A stretch of DNA of 64,000 nt. Source: Spirochaetia bacterium. Lineage in GTDB: Bacteria > Spirochaetota > Spirochaetia > SP-2023. Both the position numbers and the translations under genes were made by a program. Below the pieces are notes generated by a model. The model made no database searches. It was not told the DNA's origin and was given only the letters and a program-made list of their open reading frames with translations. Positions 8,875 through 19,505 of this stretch are shown here, one piece after another. The stretch is taken from positions 736,001 to 800,000 of the forward strand of contig CBDDCK010000005.1 in NCBI GenBank assembly GCA_965225855.1, given 5' to 3'. The number at the start of each line of letters is the position of its first letter. Within the stretch, counting starts at the first letter, position 1.

Positions 8875-10515
8875 CTAATTTTGAATCGTTGCTGAATTGA
8901 GTTTGTCCAAAAGATTCTCATCAAAACATTGTTCAATCAATTTGCGCAAACTGTAAGGGCCACGATATAAACAATTTTGTTGTAATTCTTTGGTATTCAT
9001 TTGCCAATGGTTGCAAAGTTTGCTTAAGTAACTGGCAATTTCCCATTCCAATATTTCACTTTCACGTTGTGTGCGAAAATTTTGCCAAGCTATAAGCCGC
9101 CTATTTGTTCTTTTTTTGGCTTTTTTTTGTTCTGGTAATTTGGGGTATGGACTTATGGCAAATTGTTCTGCAATGGTTATTTCCTGTATTTGTAGAGAAA
9201 TTTGCGGCAAAAAACTACCCGAAGCTTTTAAGGCGTTTTGCCAAGCTTTCAAGCATTGATTCCAAAAATTTTCTTGCGTTTCTAAACCAAGTTTTTCCAA
9301 TTTATTTTGAGGGCTTAAATGCAAAACAGCAATTTGTAGTTGTTCCTGCCAACCAATCATTTTTAAGTATTCTAAAAAATTCAGTAACGGGCTTAAACCT
9401 GCACCACTGCCAATATAAAGCAAACGCCCATTGTTGAAGATACTTTTTATAAACTGGGGCTGTGCATCGTAGTAAGGGCCCCATACTTGCACCGTATTAT
9501 TGACAAAAGCCGATGAAGGAAGATATTCCAAAAAACCTTGCATTTCGAGGGCAAATTCTAGTTCTATTTTGCTTTCTGTTTTGCTATAGCGAAGTAAACT
9601 TAGAGGGTGTTCATTTTGCTGCGAACGGGCTAAGCCTTTTTGTTTGGGAAAATGGAGGATATAAAAGCCCATAGGTAGGAACATGGGTAGGGCTATTTGG
9701 TTTATATTATGATGGGTTGCTGCGTTGGCTATACATTGTAGCCCTAATTTCTTGCTGAAACAATGTTCGAGAGTGCTGTGGCAAGTCAGCTTTAAACGCA
9801 AGAGATACAACCCTGATGCTACAGCCTCAAAACTAGAGATTTCCCCTATGCAGCTATGCATAGGCCTAAGGTAATGGACTTTGTAGTAATGCCAGTTGCG
9901 CCAGTAGATATAGAGCAATGGCGGCAAAGCAAAGATTAGCACAAACCACGCTAGCCCAAGTAACTGCGACAAATTATACAAGGTTATAAACAGAAAACCT
10001 AAGTAAACTAATTCGCACAGCCATAAGATACCATCGGGCCACAATGGCCAACGGCGGCCAAAGTCAGCAGGGGTGGTATCGCGGCTGCTAATGCCAAGGC
10101 TATTAAAATGTTGCAAGCGAGTGGCTAGTAAGGCAAGAAAGCTAACAGCAAACCATAACAAAAAGAGCCACCATTTAAAGGGATGCCATTGCAAAACTAT
10201 AAGCCCGTTATTTCCTAATAATGATAATCCTATTGTTTTAGGGATTATTGACTTTGGTGGCTGATAAAATAGTAATAGCAACAGGGGTAGGGCTGCCAAA
10301 GCCGCACCACTACCGTGGTGCTCAATGCGCTTGAGCAATGTTTTAGGCTTCACTACAGCCCATATCTTTGTTGCTAGAGCTAGGGCCAAAGTTTCATGCT
10401 CAGGCCTAGCATGTTGAGCATTATAAAGGAGATCGCTTTGGGGGCGCAGCAGTAGTAAACTCTGGCGCAGCAGTAGGGCAAAATGTATAGCCAATAATAT
10501 GGTTGTAAGCAGCAT
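8875..10515 (-). CDS. Membrane protein with a divergent ferredoxin-NADP reductase-like (FAD/NAD-binding) C-terminal region
   Basis: Several N-terminal TM segments, then EHPLSL (cf. HPFS), WGPY (cf. GPYG) and YIGSGAGLSP (cf. GGxGITP). Confidence 0.5.
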   Translation of the reverse strand: MLLTTILLAIHFALLLRQSLLLLRPQSDLLYNAQHARPEHETLALALATKIWAVVKPKTLLKRIEHHGSGAALAALPLLLLLFYQPPKSIIPKTIGLSLLGNNGLIVLQWHPFKWWLFLLWFAVSFLALLATRLQHFNSLGISSRDTTPADFGRRWPLWPDGILWLCELVYLGFLFITLYNLSQLLGLAWFVLIFALPPLLYIYWRNWHYYKVHYLRPMHSCIGEISSFEAVASGLYLLRLKLTCHSTLEHCFSKKLGLQCIANAATHHNINQIALPMFLPMGFYILHFPKQKGLARSQQNEHPLSLLRYSKTESKIELEFALEMQGFLEYLPSSAFVNNTVQVWGPYYDAQPQFIKSIFNNGRLLYIGSGAGLSPLLNFLEYLKMIGWQEQLQIAVLHLSPQNKLEKLGLETQENFWNQCLKAWQNALKASGSFLPQISLQIQEITIAEQFAISPYPKLPEQKKAKKRTNRRLIAWQNFRTQRESEILEWEIASYLSKLCNHWQMNTKELQQNCLYRGPYSLRKLIEQCFDENLLDKLNSATIQN

Positions 10516-13500
10516 CTAGGGCACAGCTTCCCAGTTGTCATCGTGGAAGATATTGCGCTTATGCAGGTTGTACTGACTGCGAATGTAGTATTGGTAACCG
10601 TTGCCAGCCAGCTCACGGCTACGCTTGACCCCCTCTATTACAAATAACGGTATCGGCTCGGTTTGGACAGCTTGAAGGGCTTTACCACTATAGGGGTTTT
10701 TATGGATACCAAGTTGTGGTAGAAATTCTGCAGGAATATCGGCCACAGTACGAAACTCTGGAGAGCTTTGCAAAGATCCTCGCTCACCAAAGCCTTTACT
10801 CATATAGAGGCTATGCCAATTGCCTTTGGTGCGGTAGCCTGTGCGCCCCTGCACTGGAAAGCTAGGGTCATACAGTGTAGAACCATGGTCTGAAACCAAA
10901 TAGATTTGGCTGTTATCGTAGAGTCCTTGCTCTTTTAAAGTATCGAGCCAATTGGCGACCAGATATAGGCTTTGGTAGTGAGCCAGATAGGCGGTAGCGT
11001 GCTCATGGTTGCTACCGTGATTACGGTCTATCTCTTGTAATATGGCTGGGATAGGCGGCAGGGGAAAATGGAAGTTCTCTGGATTGCCAAAATACTGTTC
11101 CGAGCCTGTAAAGCTGGCTGTATTGTGGGTCAATTGATTGTGGTATAGTACATACGAACCTTTTAGTTCATCGTTAGCTTCAAATAGTTTACTTAGGCTT
11201 AGCAGTTCGATATAAGGCTGCCAAAAAGCAATGGAAGCCCACACGCTAGCATTACCTAATAAGCCCATCCATTTACCGTGGTTGTATATCTTCTCACGGA
11301 ATATCGGGCCAAAGGCTTGAAATAAACCTAGTAGGCTCAAGAAGTTTTGCCATTGTAGTTGGGTACTTGCATGGCTCTGACCCTTCGAGTCTGTAGGTCT
11401 TCTGGGGCCTGTGGTAAGTTCTGGTTGCGCTACTAAGCTGTAATCATAGCCCGTCTTGCGTACTTGAACTTGTTCTGTTGCTAGGCGTGCTAGCATGGTA
11501 GCACGCCCTTGTGCAGGCAAGACGTATTCGACATTGATAAAGTAAGAGGCAAAACCAGAGCGTTGCTCATTTAAGGCTTTGGGTATCATAGTGAAGGCTT
11601 CAATTATATCTAGTTCTAGGGGCCTTTGGTTGGCATTCATTTGGTCTACCGTGTATTCACTGCCGCCGACAATGGGGTGGAGCCCTCCGTAGGTGCGCTG
11701 TGCTTGGGATACGCTATTGGGGTAGTAGACAAAGCCATCAAACCGCTGGGATAGCTCGGTTAGCAGAGGGCTTTTTATAACAGGTTTGCTAGCATCTTGG
11801 CTAGCTGTTTTAGGTTCTTCTATTGGCAGTAGCTCGGGGATAAAGCCTGCCATGAACTTATCCAGTACCAAGATGATAACATTAGGCCCATTGAGGCTAA
11901 GCTGTACCCTGGTATTGGACTCGGCTTGCAAGTTACTTTCCCCTAGTGAATTAGTTAGTTCTGGGGGCTGGATAGTCCTATTACCTTGAGCTAGCTCGAA
12001 ATGGTAGCGGCTTACTTGGTAGCTAGAGCCTACGATCGATAGGATATGGCTTGCCAATAACAATGGCAGTAAGTGGTCTAGCTTCAGCCATGTTTTAAGG
12101 CTAGCGGGTTTAGTTTCCCCTTGATAGTACCAGCTTAAATAACAGCTAAGCAATAGGCATAGCAAAGTGGCAAACAACAAGACACTGGCAGCTATTTCAT
12201 TGTGCCCAATGCTCAAGGGATTGCGGAATGAAGTAAACTCTAAGGGCCCATAATCCCCCGGCAGCCACAGCACATTGATACTGAAAAAGCATGCGGCTAC
12301 CGTAGCCAGCAAAGAACTATAATAGCGTAGCACTTTGGGGAATAGTAGGTATATCGATAAGAATATACTGCTAGCCAATAACAACAATAAAGCTAAGCTT
12401 ATTGACAGTGTTAAGTAGTTGCTATTGCCTTCAAAGCTAGCAGGGTCGCTAGCTACAGCCTTGGCGGGCACCGTTCCAAATATGGCCAGTAGCATGCAGG
12501 TAATCGACATGGTATAGCGGTAGAGATGCGTACGGTTTGGCATGGCTTTTCTGCCAAGTCTTAAATGGCCATATAAGGCTTTATATATGGCAATAGAAGA
12601 GCGCACTAGGGGAGGCGGGTGCTTAGCCCTTGGCCTTACTAGCCATGCGGCCATAGGGCGGCCATAGGGCCATAGCCAAGCATTGTATCCATTGGCCAAT
12701 GGCAACAGAATCTGGCCGCAGATTACCGCAAGCAAACCCAAGCCCCAGGCAATCGGTCGCAAGGCTTGGGCTTGCTTTTCCAGCATAAATGATTGGGCTA
12801 GTTGGCCGCTACTTTGTAGAGAGGAATTTTGCGCACCGAGGTAGATTAAGCGCAGCAATAGCCCTGATGTGCCCAGTAATGCCAATAGCCATAGCCAGCT
12901 TAGCCCAATATATAAACTCCTACGTGCTTGGTTTGTATTTTGCCCTTGTAAAGGTTGCTTTACTAAGCAAGCGCCAGCAAGCCCATAGTAGAGCGCTAGG
13001 TAGACCAACACAGCAAGAGAAATATTCAGCCATAGCACTACCAATACTTCATCGATGCGAATTAGATAGAGTGTGGCAAGGAATAAGGCTAGAAACAATA
13101 AGCTGATGTGAAAGGCCCGAATGCTAGGGTTAGAGTATAGCTGTGCTGCTATGGTTGTTAGGCTTACTTTTAGCTTTGCAGGGTTAGTAGCTGCGCCTTT
13201 GCTGCTTGTCTGTTGCGTGGTTAGCTTGCTGCGCTTCTGTTGCTGCCAATGCCATAAATTCTTTAATAAGGATAAGATGTTGTTGATGCTCCAGTAGAAG
13301 ACTAGGGCAACGGGCTGCTGGTATAGCAATAGTAAGAATAGAGTCGGCAATAGCCAAATTCTAGCCCTTTCGCTTAGTTTTGCGCTTTCGCTTGGGTTTG
13401 TGCTTGAGTTTGCAGCATAAAGATAAGCCGATAGCAGATTGAGCAAGGTCATGAATAATGGCAGTATATGTACGCTAATGCCATAGAATTGCCATAGGCC

Positions 13501-13932
13501 ATCGGGTTGGGCTAAGTCCTGAAAAGGTCCTACTGTTAGGCCTGTAAAGCTAGCAAAGTTGTGCAGCATTTGGTAACTAGCAAAGAAGAATGGTATTTGT
13601 ACGGCTAAGCCAAACAAACCCACTAGGCTGTGTATGGGATTATAACCATAGCGGCGGTAAATTTCTCGAGTATAGAAGTATTTGCGCATACCCCCTTGAT
13701 TATGTTGCCCTTGGTCTAAATGGGTAATGGAATCTAGCTCGTGTTGCATTGCGGCTTTGCGCTGGTGTTCCCGTGCTAGCAAGACATCGCCAAAGCGGTA
13801 TAGCGGTAGCATCAGTATAAATATGGTTAGGCTCAACAAGGCTAAAGCTGCTAGGGGGCCAGCAAAACTCAAGTAGAATACCAGCATTGCTTCCATAGCG
13901 ATAATGAGGGGCTCTAAAATCATAGCAAACAT
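10516..13932 (-). CDS. YidC/Oxa1-like insertase domain fused to a multi-TM region and an alkaline-phosphatase-superfamily (sulfatase/LTA-synthase-like) domain
   Basis: N-terminal LMLPLY...YGYNP...QIPFF...DLAQPDG...ILPLFMT...LVFYWSINN (YidC-like). C-terminal VIILVLD, RTYG (possible Thr nucleophile), THN, LVSDHG. Start uncertain (13950/13932/13923). Confidence 0.75.
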   Translation of the reverse strand: MFAMILEPLIIAMEAMLVFYLSFAGPLAALALLSLTIFILMLPLYRFGDVLLAREHQRKAAMQHELDSITHLDQGQHNQGGMRKYFYTREIYRRYGYNPIHSLVGLFGLAVQIPFFFASYQMLHNFASFTGLTVGPFQDLAQPDGLWQFYGISVHILPLFMTLLNLLSAYLYAANSSTNPSESAKLSERARIWLLPTLFLLLLYQQPVALVFYWSINNILSLLKNLWHWQQQKRSKLTTQQTSSKGAATNPAKLKVSLTTIAAQLYSNPSIRAFHISLLFLALFLATLYLIRIDEVLVVLWLNISLAVLVYLALYYGLAGACLVKQPLQGQNTNQARRSLYIGLSWLWLLALLGTSGLLLRLIYLGAQNSSLQSSGQLAQSFMLEKQAQALRPIAWGLGLLAVICGQILLPLANGYNAWLWPYGRPMAAWLVRPRAKHPPPLVRSSIAIYKALYGHLRLGRKAMPNRTHLYRYTMSITCMLLAIFGTVPAKAVASDPASFEGNSNYLTLSISLALLLLLASSIFLSIYLLFPKVLRYYSSLLATVAACFFSINVLWLPGDYGPLEFTSFRNPLSIGHNEIAASVLLFATLLCLLLSCYLSWYYQGETKPASLKTWLKLDHLLPLLLASHILSIVGSSYQVSRYHFELAQGNRTIQPPELTNSLGESNLQAESNTRVQLSLNGPNVIILVLDKFMAGFIPELLPIEEPKTASQDASKPVIKSPLLTELSQRFDGFVYYPNSVSQAQRTYGGLHPIVGGSEYTVDQMNANQRPLELDIIEAFTMIPKALNEQRSGFASYFINVEYVLPAQGRATMLARLATEQVQVRKTGYDYSLVAQPELTTGPRRPTDSKGQSHASTQLQWQNFLSLLGLFQAFGPIFREKIYNHGKWMGLLGNASVWASIAFWQPYIELLSLSKLFEANDELKGSYVLYHNQLTHNTASFTGSEQYFGNPENFHFPLPPIPAILQEIDRNHGSNHEHATAYLAHYQSLYLVANWLDTLKEQGLYDNSQIYLVSDHGSTLYDPSFPVQGRTGYRTKGNWHSLYMSKGFGERGSLQSSPEFRTVADIPAEFLPQLGIHKNPYSGKALQAVQTEPIPLFVIEGVKRSRELAGNGYQYYIRSQYNLHKRNIFHDDNWEAVP

Positions 13933-14370
13933 ACTATAGCAGCCTTGCAATAGAATGGCAATTGGCTGCTGCCTTTATATCAACATATTTTATCAATGTT
14001 ATAGTCTCTATAACTGTGTACCATATAGCAAAGTCTCTACAAGATAATATTACCTAAATCAGCAATAATCCTTCTTACTTATCGTCAAGAGGAATACTTG
14101 TAGTAGCTCAAGAGAAAAGCACTATAGGCTAAGAAAATATACTACTACTATAAGTAATAATATGTGCTAGGGCTATACTAGACACAAAGCCCTAGGGTAA
14201 GGTACTATCTTGCTAAAAACCAAAGCAACACAGCAACAAGGGTATATGAATCCCTTGTACTTGCAAAATATGGTAGCGATAAAGCATAGCCAAGCCCAAA
14301 GCAAAGTAGCGCTTTCAACCCAATGGTGCATATAGCCATACAATCATCGAAATAACCGGTCCCATTCCCG

Positions 14371-15357
14371 TTATTGGGCTTGTAGTGTTATTTGGATGGC
14401 CTGCCAATCTAGGCTAGGCAGTGGCAACCCGTGTTGCAAACAAGCCGCTTGAATGGTATTGTACAATAGTATGGTAATGGTCATAGGGCCGACACCGCCC
14501 GGAACGGGGGTTATGTGGCTGGCTTTGGGTAGCAAATTAGGGTAATCCATATCGCCCACCAAACGGTAGCCGCGCTTTTTGCTACTATCTGCTACACGGT
14601 TCATACCCACATCGATCAACACACTATTGGGCTTGACCATCTCTGCGCTAACTAAGTTGGCATAGCCCGTTGCAGAGATAATCATATCGGCATTTTGGCA
14701 ATGCCTAGCTAGGCCCTTAGTACGGGAATTGCACTGAGTTACGGTGGCATCACCCAAGCCGAAATTAAATAGCTCATTGGGTTTTTGTGACATTAGATAG
14801 CTCATTGGGTTGCCCACAATATGGCTGCGGCCAATAATGCAAACATGGCTACCTTGAATATGTTTCGTCTCAAAGCCATACGCTTTTAATAAGGCCAGAA
14901 TACCCATTGGGGTACAGGGCTTTAAACTTTCTGGATAGTTACGGGCTAATTGCCCTTGGCTTACCACAGTAAAGCCATCAACATCTTTTGCCGGCTGGAT
15001 AGCTTCAATCACTAGGCGTTCTGCATCGATAGCTTCTTTAGACCAAACATCTGGCAATGGCAACTGTACTAGTACCCCGTTGCAAGAGTTTTGGTTTTGA
15101 ATGTCTGCTAGTTTTGCCAAGGCCTCATGGAAACTAATGCTTGAGGGCTGGTGATGGATTCTCCCGATAATACCTACTTTTTCTGCTGCTTTTTTCTTAC
15201 CAGTTACATAAGAAATACTAGCGGCAGAATCACCAATCAATAAGACATCTAGTCCGGGTATTAGATTGTGGTCGGTCTGCAATTGTTTGACAATTTGGCT
15301 AAGTTGTTCTTGAATTACAGCTGCACATCTATTGCCATCAAGGATTACAGGGGGCAT
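14371..15357 (-). CDS. folD: Bifunctional methylenetetrahydrofolate dehydrogenase/cyclohydrolase
   Basis: VQLPLP, KDVDG, PCTPMG, GRSHIVGNP, TPVPGGVGPMT motifs. Confidence 0.95.
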   Translation of the reverse strand: MPPVILDGNRCAAVIQEQLSQIVKQLQTDHNLIPGLDVLLIGDSAASISYVTGKKKAAEKVGIIGRIHHQPSSISFHEALAKLADIQNQNSCNGVLVQLPLPDVWSKEAIDAERLVIEAIQPAKDVDGFTVVSQGQLARNYPESLKPCTPMGILALLKAYGFETKHIQGSHVCIIGRSHIVGNPMSYLMSQKPNELFNFGLGDATVTQCNSRTKGLARHCQNADMIISATGYANLVSAEMVKPNSVLIDVGMNRVADSSKKRGYRLVGDMDYPNLLPKASHITPVPGGVGPMTITILLYNTIQAACLQHGLPLPSLDWQAIQITLQAQ

Positions 15358-15629
15358 ATTTTTCTCCTATCTTGAATTAATGAATTTCCATAGATATTTT
15401 TGGGTAGAGAAGATAAAACAGAATTAGGGATAAAACAAGTTTTTTAATCTTGGTTGTGGTTATAATTTTGTATGATCTGCTAAGTATGTTTATATTACAG
15501 ATGGCATTTTGTGGTTTTTGTTGTTATTTATAGCATTAGAACACTTTTATTTTTTAGTTTTAGAAATCTTTTTGCCACTTTGCCACAAGGTTTTAATTTT
15601 TCATTAAAGTTACGGCCTATGTAAGGAAA

Positions 15630-16650
15630 ATGAAGTTATAGAGTTATAGAATAGTGTTATTGTTTTTTATTCTATCACACAATTATTAAAGTTTAAACTT
15701 GCTATAAATATTATTTTTAAATATACAGGAAACAATTCTGGTTAGTTGTGATTTTTCTAAAGCAAATTTGTCTAAGGCGAGTTTGCGTAATACAAAGCTT
15801 GAAAGTGCAGATTTGCGCGAGGCTGATCTTCGTTCTGCTGACTTGTACGAGGCTAATTTACAGGCTAGCCGGTTACGTGGTTGCAGTTTAGGATGCGCAG
15901 ATCTAAGCCATGCCAATTTGCAAGAGAGCCAACTTTTAGGAGCCATTATCGTTGGTGCCAATTTTCGTGAAGCTCAATTGCAAAATGTCAAGTGGAATGG
16001 AGAAAAAACGAAGGTCGTAGGCAAATGGCTGTGCTCAATAGTAGCAATTTGCAAGGGGCTAAGCTGGAATATGCAGACTTTTCCAATGCAACATTGATGC
16101 AAGTTCAGCTTCAAAATGCAAAATTACATTGGGCGAATATGCGCGGGGCTGATATGTCGGGTACGGCCCTTGACCATGCCAATCTCCCAAAAGAGCGGTT
16201 CTCAGTGGTGTAAAACTAGTTGGGAGCAGTATGAGAGCTACAAACTTTGAAAGCGTATTTTGGGAATATGCCGATTTAGCTAAAGCTAGTCTACCTGCGG
16301 CGAATTTCTCTGGAGCCGATTTATTGGAGGTAAATTTCAAAAATGCGAATTTGAAAATATATACTTGCCACAAGCTAATTTTAGTTCTGCCAATTTAATC
16401 AATCCCGATTTTTCAAATGCTTACTGTAAAGACAGTAATTTTGAAAGTGCCTCTTTGAAAAAAAGACTCACGTAGAAAATGCAAATTTAGAAAACTGCGA
16501 CTTTAGCAGGGAGGATCTTTCAGAGACAAATTTCTTCCGTGCAAATTTAAAGAATGTAGGGCTAAGCGAATTAGCAACAGACAACAAAACCAATTTTGAT
16601 CGTTGTACAAAGGATAGTCTGCATCTAATTCAGGGACTACCGAATAAATA
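15630..16650 (+). pseudogene. Fragmented pentapeptide-repeat protein gene
   Basis: A(D/N)Lxx repeats continue across several frames (ORF pieces 15768-16097, 15992-16213 and on to about 16600) with multiple frameshifts and stops. AAGGA RBS + ATG at 15630 is followed at once by a stop. Confidence 0.75.
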
Positions 16651-16658
16651 AAACCAGT

Positions 16659-17819
16659 TCAAGAAAGAACGGCTACAATGGCATTTACGGCCATTTGTAG
16701 CTGTTCTTGGTTGATGGTCAGGGGTGGAACTAGGCGCAACGTATTGGGGCTGGCACTGATACAAGCGACCTTATGTTCACTATAAAGTCTTTTTAAGTAA
16801 GGAGCTACTGGTTCATGCAAAGCAACGCCTTGCATGAGACCCAGACCGCGAACTTGTTCTACTTTATTATTGAGTTTTAATCTTTGTTGCAATTGCTCTA
16901 AAAGCCATAAGCCTTTTTTCTGAACCTCATTTAAAAATTCTGGCTGTTGGATAATTTCCAAAACCGCGCTAGCAGCACGCACTGCCAATAGATTACCCCC
17001 AAATGTGGAACCATGCGAACCATAATTGAAAGTTTCTGCCAATTCTTCGCGGGCTAAAATAGCACCGATGGGCAAACCATTCCCTAAACCTTTGGCTAGT
17101 GAAATTATGTCGGGCTTCAGCCCAAAATGCTGATAAGCAAAAATTTTACCCGTGCGCCCAATACCTGTTTGAACTTCATCAATAATCAACAAAACATTTT
17201 TTTCATGGCAAACTTGAGCTAAAGTTTGTAAAAATTGGGCCTCTACAGGATAAAGCCCTCCGTCTCCTTGAATAGGTTCAATAATCACGGCAGCTAGACT
17301 AGAATCTACAAAATCAAAAATCTTGGTATCATTGATGTGAGCATAAATATAATATTTTGCCCCCAATGGAAAAAACCCTTGTTGAATACGCTCTTGCCCT
17401 GTTGCTGAAAGTGTAGAATGACTACGCCCATGAAAAGAATTGTAAAAGGACAATATTTTCTTTTTACCCGTAAATTTACGGGCCAACTTGAAAGCAGCTT
17501 CATTGGCTTCCAGACCACTATTGCAGAAAAAAGTGCGGCTGCAATGCCCACTGATTTTGGTCAGCGTTTGGGCCAGTTCCATAACTAATGGGCTAAGAAA
17601 ATAATTGCTTGTATGCCAAACTTTTTGTAATTGATCTTCAATAGCGGCTTGCACATACGGATGGCGGTGTCCTAAGTTATTGACAGCAATGCCAGAAAAT
17701 AAATCAAGGTATTTATCACCATTTTTACTATACAACCAGCAACCTTCTGCATTATGAACCGCAAAGGGGAATGCCCGATGATCGGGATAACCGTAATTAG
17801 GGAAGAGGGGAAAAGACAT
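16659..17819 (-). CDS. argD: Acetylornithine aminotransferase (class III PLP enzyme)
   Basis: SGIAVNNLGH, NSGLEANEAA, FHGRS, DEVQTGIGRTG, AKGLGNG, HGSTFGGN. Start is ATG 17819 or TTG 17834. Confidence 0.9.
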   Translation of the reverse strand: MSFPLFPNYGYPDHRAFPFAVHNAEGCWLYSKNGDKYLDLFSGIAVNNLGHRHPYVQAAIEDQLQKVWHTSNYFLSPLVMELAQTLTKISGHCSRTFFCNSGLEANEAAFKLARKFTGKKKILSFYNSFHGRSHSTLSATGQERIQQGFFPLGAKYYIYAHINDTKIFDFVDSSLAAVIIEPIQGDGGLYPVEAQFLQTLAQVCHEKNVLLIIDEVQTGIGRTGKIFAYQHFGLKPDIISLAKGLGNGLPIGAILAREELAETFNYGSHGSTFGGNLLAVRAASAVLEIIQQPEFLNEVQKKGLWLLEQLQQRLKLNNKVEQVRGLGLMQGVALHEPVAPYLKRLYSEHKVACISASPNTLRLVPPLTINQEQLQMAVNAIVAVLS

Positions 17820-17845
17820 GATTATTTTTCTCAATTTATATACTG

Positions 17846-18292
17846 CTACTTTACATTATTTAATTCCAATAATGTATAAATAATACTAGGATCAACATGA
17901 CTCGTGCGAATAATTTTATAACCAATAAAAGTAGAAAGTACAGGACTCAATAAAATAAGGCCTAAAACCAAACTAATAAAACCTGGGCTCAACAGGTAAA
18001 GAACAGCAGGGAAAGAACCTATAAGGCGATAGATACGTTTGAGCTTGTAATTGCAAAGAGCTTGCCGAATACGCATTTTAATGACCAGAAAAAGTGAAAC
18101 ATAACCAATGAGAACACTTAACGACTCAATCGTTATAATCATTTGTGTTTCACAATTTTCTGCAAAAATATTAGTGATAATAAATAATTCTAATATAATT
18201 GGTAGAAATAATACAAGCGTTAAAGACAAAGCAACAGGGAATTTCTTTGGGTTAAGCAGATTATTTAAAAGAATATATAGTTGATCTTCCAT
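17846..18292 (-). CDS. FxsA-like membrane protein
   Basis: 148 aa, 3-4 TM; LPIILE and LLSPGFISLVLGLILLSP resemble the FxsA PGF motif. Confidence 0.55.
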   Translation of the reverse strand: MEDQLYILLNNLLNPKKFPVALSLTLVLFLPIILELFIITNIFAENCETQMIITIESLSVLIGYVSLFLVIKMRIRQALCNYKLKRIYRLIGSFPAVLYLLSPGFISLVLGLILLSPVLSTFIGYKIIRTSHVDPSIIYTLLELNNVK

Positions 18293-18315
18293 TAAATGGT
18301 TCCTTCAAAAAAATA

Positions 18316-19470
18316 TTAATTCTTTTTTACAGTAAAGATAGATAAAAATAAAATTTTTATAAGAAATATTAAAATACAAAATAATTCTGGCCATTTCCAA
18401 GGAAATAATAAATAGGTTAGAGGTGCCAATACTTTCAAAAATACAATTTTTGAAGGACGATATTTGCTAGAAAAATCTTGCAAAGCTTTCGGATAATCCA
18501 ACACAAAAAAAGATTTTATTTTCCGCTCACCATTTTTACCGTCAATAAAATCATGAATATTTATATTTTTTGTCAATAGAAGCAAAGTGGGTGCAGATTT
18601 ATTGATCACAGTGCGAATTTCATTGATGCGCCTACCCCTTTGATAGCGCTGATAGCGCGCAGTATAACGCCCCAATATTTTAATATTTTGAAATGAAGTC
18701 TTTAAACTATTTTCTAGATGGTTGAGTTCTAAAGCTGTACCACCTATTAAAAATATAGAGCAGTGATATTTATCAAGATCACTGAGCAAATTAACCGTAA
18801 AATTAAATTCCGTTAAAAATTCATAAACGGGCTTTTCCGAATGGTTTGTATTTAATGTTTTAGCGGAAAGAATACGAAAAAACCATTGCATTAATATTCC
18901 TTGGGGATACACCATGTTTGCAGTTTGCAAAACTCGGCGCGTGGGTGGATGCAGTAAAGATTTTAAATAACGAGAGAAATTCAAAAACAAAATATTGAAA
19001 TTATAACCATCGCCATTGTCCATAATGCGAGCTATGTACTCGCTTGATTTACTCTCATCTTTGTTATATCGCATTTCCTTAATAATTTTTTTAAACCTTT
19101 TTTGTCTATCGTTTTCAATTTTATATAGACGTCTAACAACTAATTCAAAATTTTCTTCGGAAATATAGGAAAGATTTATATATTTATTTAGCACAACTTT
19201 TTCTAGTTTTATATCGTGCCATGGGTCTGTATACGGGTCTGTATCTTTATTAACATTTTCGTCAAAGGTTTCTTCTACCAGATCAAGCGTGGTTTGGACT
19301 TGTATTAATTTGGTGTTTTTTAACACATTTTCATTGGGCTGGGGGAATAAGCGCTCTGTCTGATTTTTTACATTTTGGCTTACTTCTTTTGAATCATTGA
19401 TTTTGTTTTTATTCTTTAACACTTTGTCAGACGAGTCTGCTGGCCAGTCTGGCTTATCTTCTGTTATCAT
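18316..19470 (-). CDS. Divergent WecB/TagA/CpsF glycosyltransferase-like protein
   Basis: SIFLIGG...LKTSFQNIKILGRY...INKSAPTLLLL matches the TagA core. Start set at ATG 19470 behind a GAAGGGG RBS. Confidence 0.55.
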   Translation of the reverse strand: MITEDKPDWPADSSDKVLKNKNKINDSKEVSQNVKNQTERLFPQPNENVLKNTKLIQVQTTLDLVEETFDENVNKDTDPYTDPWHDIKLEKVVLNKYINLSYISEENFELVVRRLYKIENDRQKRFKKIIKEMRYNKDESKSSEYIARIMDNGDGYNFNILFLNFSRYLKSLLHPPTRRVLQTANMVYPQGILMQWFFRILSAKTLNTNHSEKPVYEFLTEFNFTVNLLSDLDKYHCSIFLIGGTALELNHLENSLKTSFQNIKILGRYTARYQRYQRGRRINEIRTVINKSAPTLLLLTKNINIHDFIDGKNGERKIKSFFVLDYPKALQDFSSKYRPSKIVFLKVLAPLTYLLFPWKWPELFCILIFLIKILFLSIFTVKKN

Positions 19471-19505
19471 AGTCACCCCTTCTTTTTTGTACAGAATTAG
19501 CTGTT

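Noticed and set aside
13951..14370. Riboswitch or ncRNA between folD and the YidC fusion
   Set aside because: Only two short inverted repeats (ctagggct/agccctag, acaaggg/cccttgt); no recognisable aptamer.
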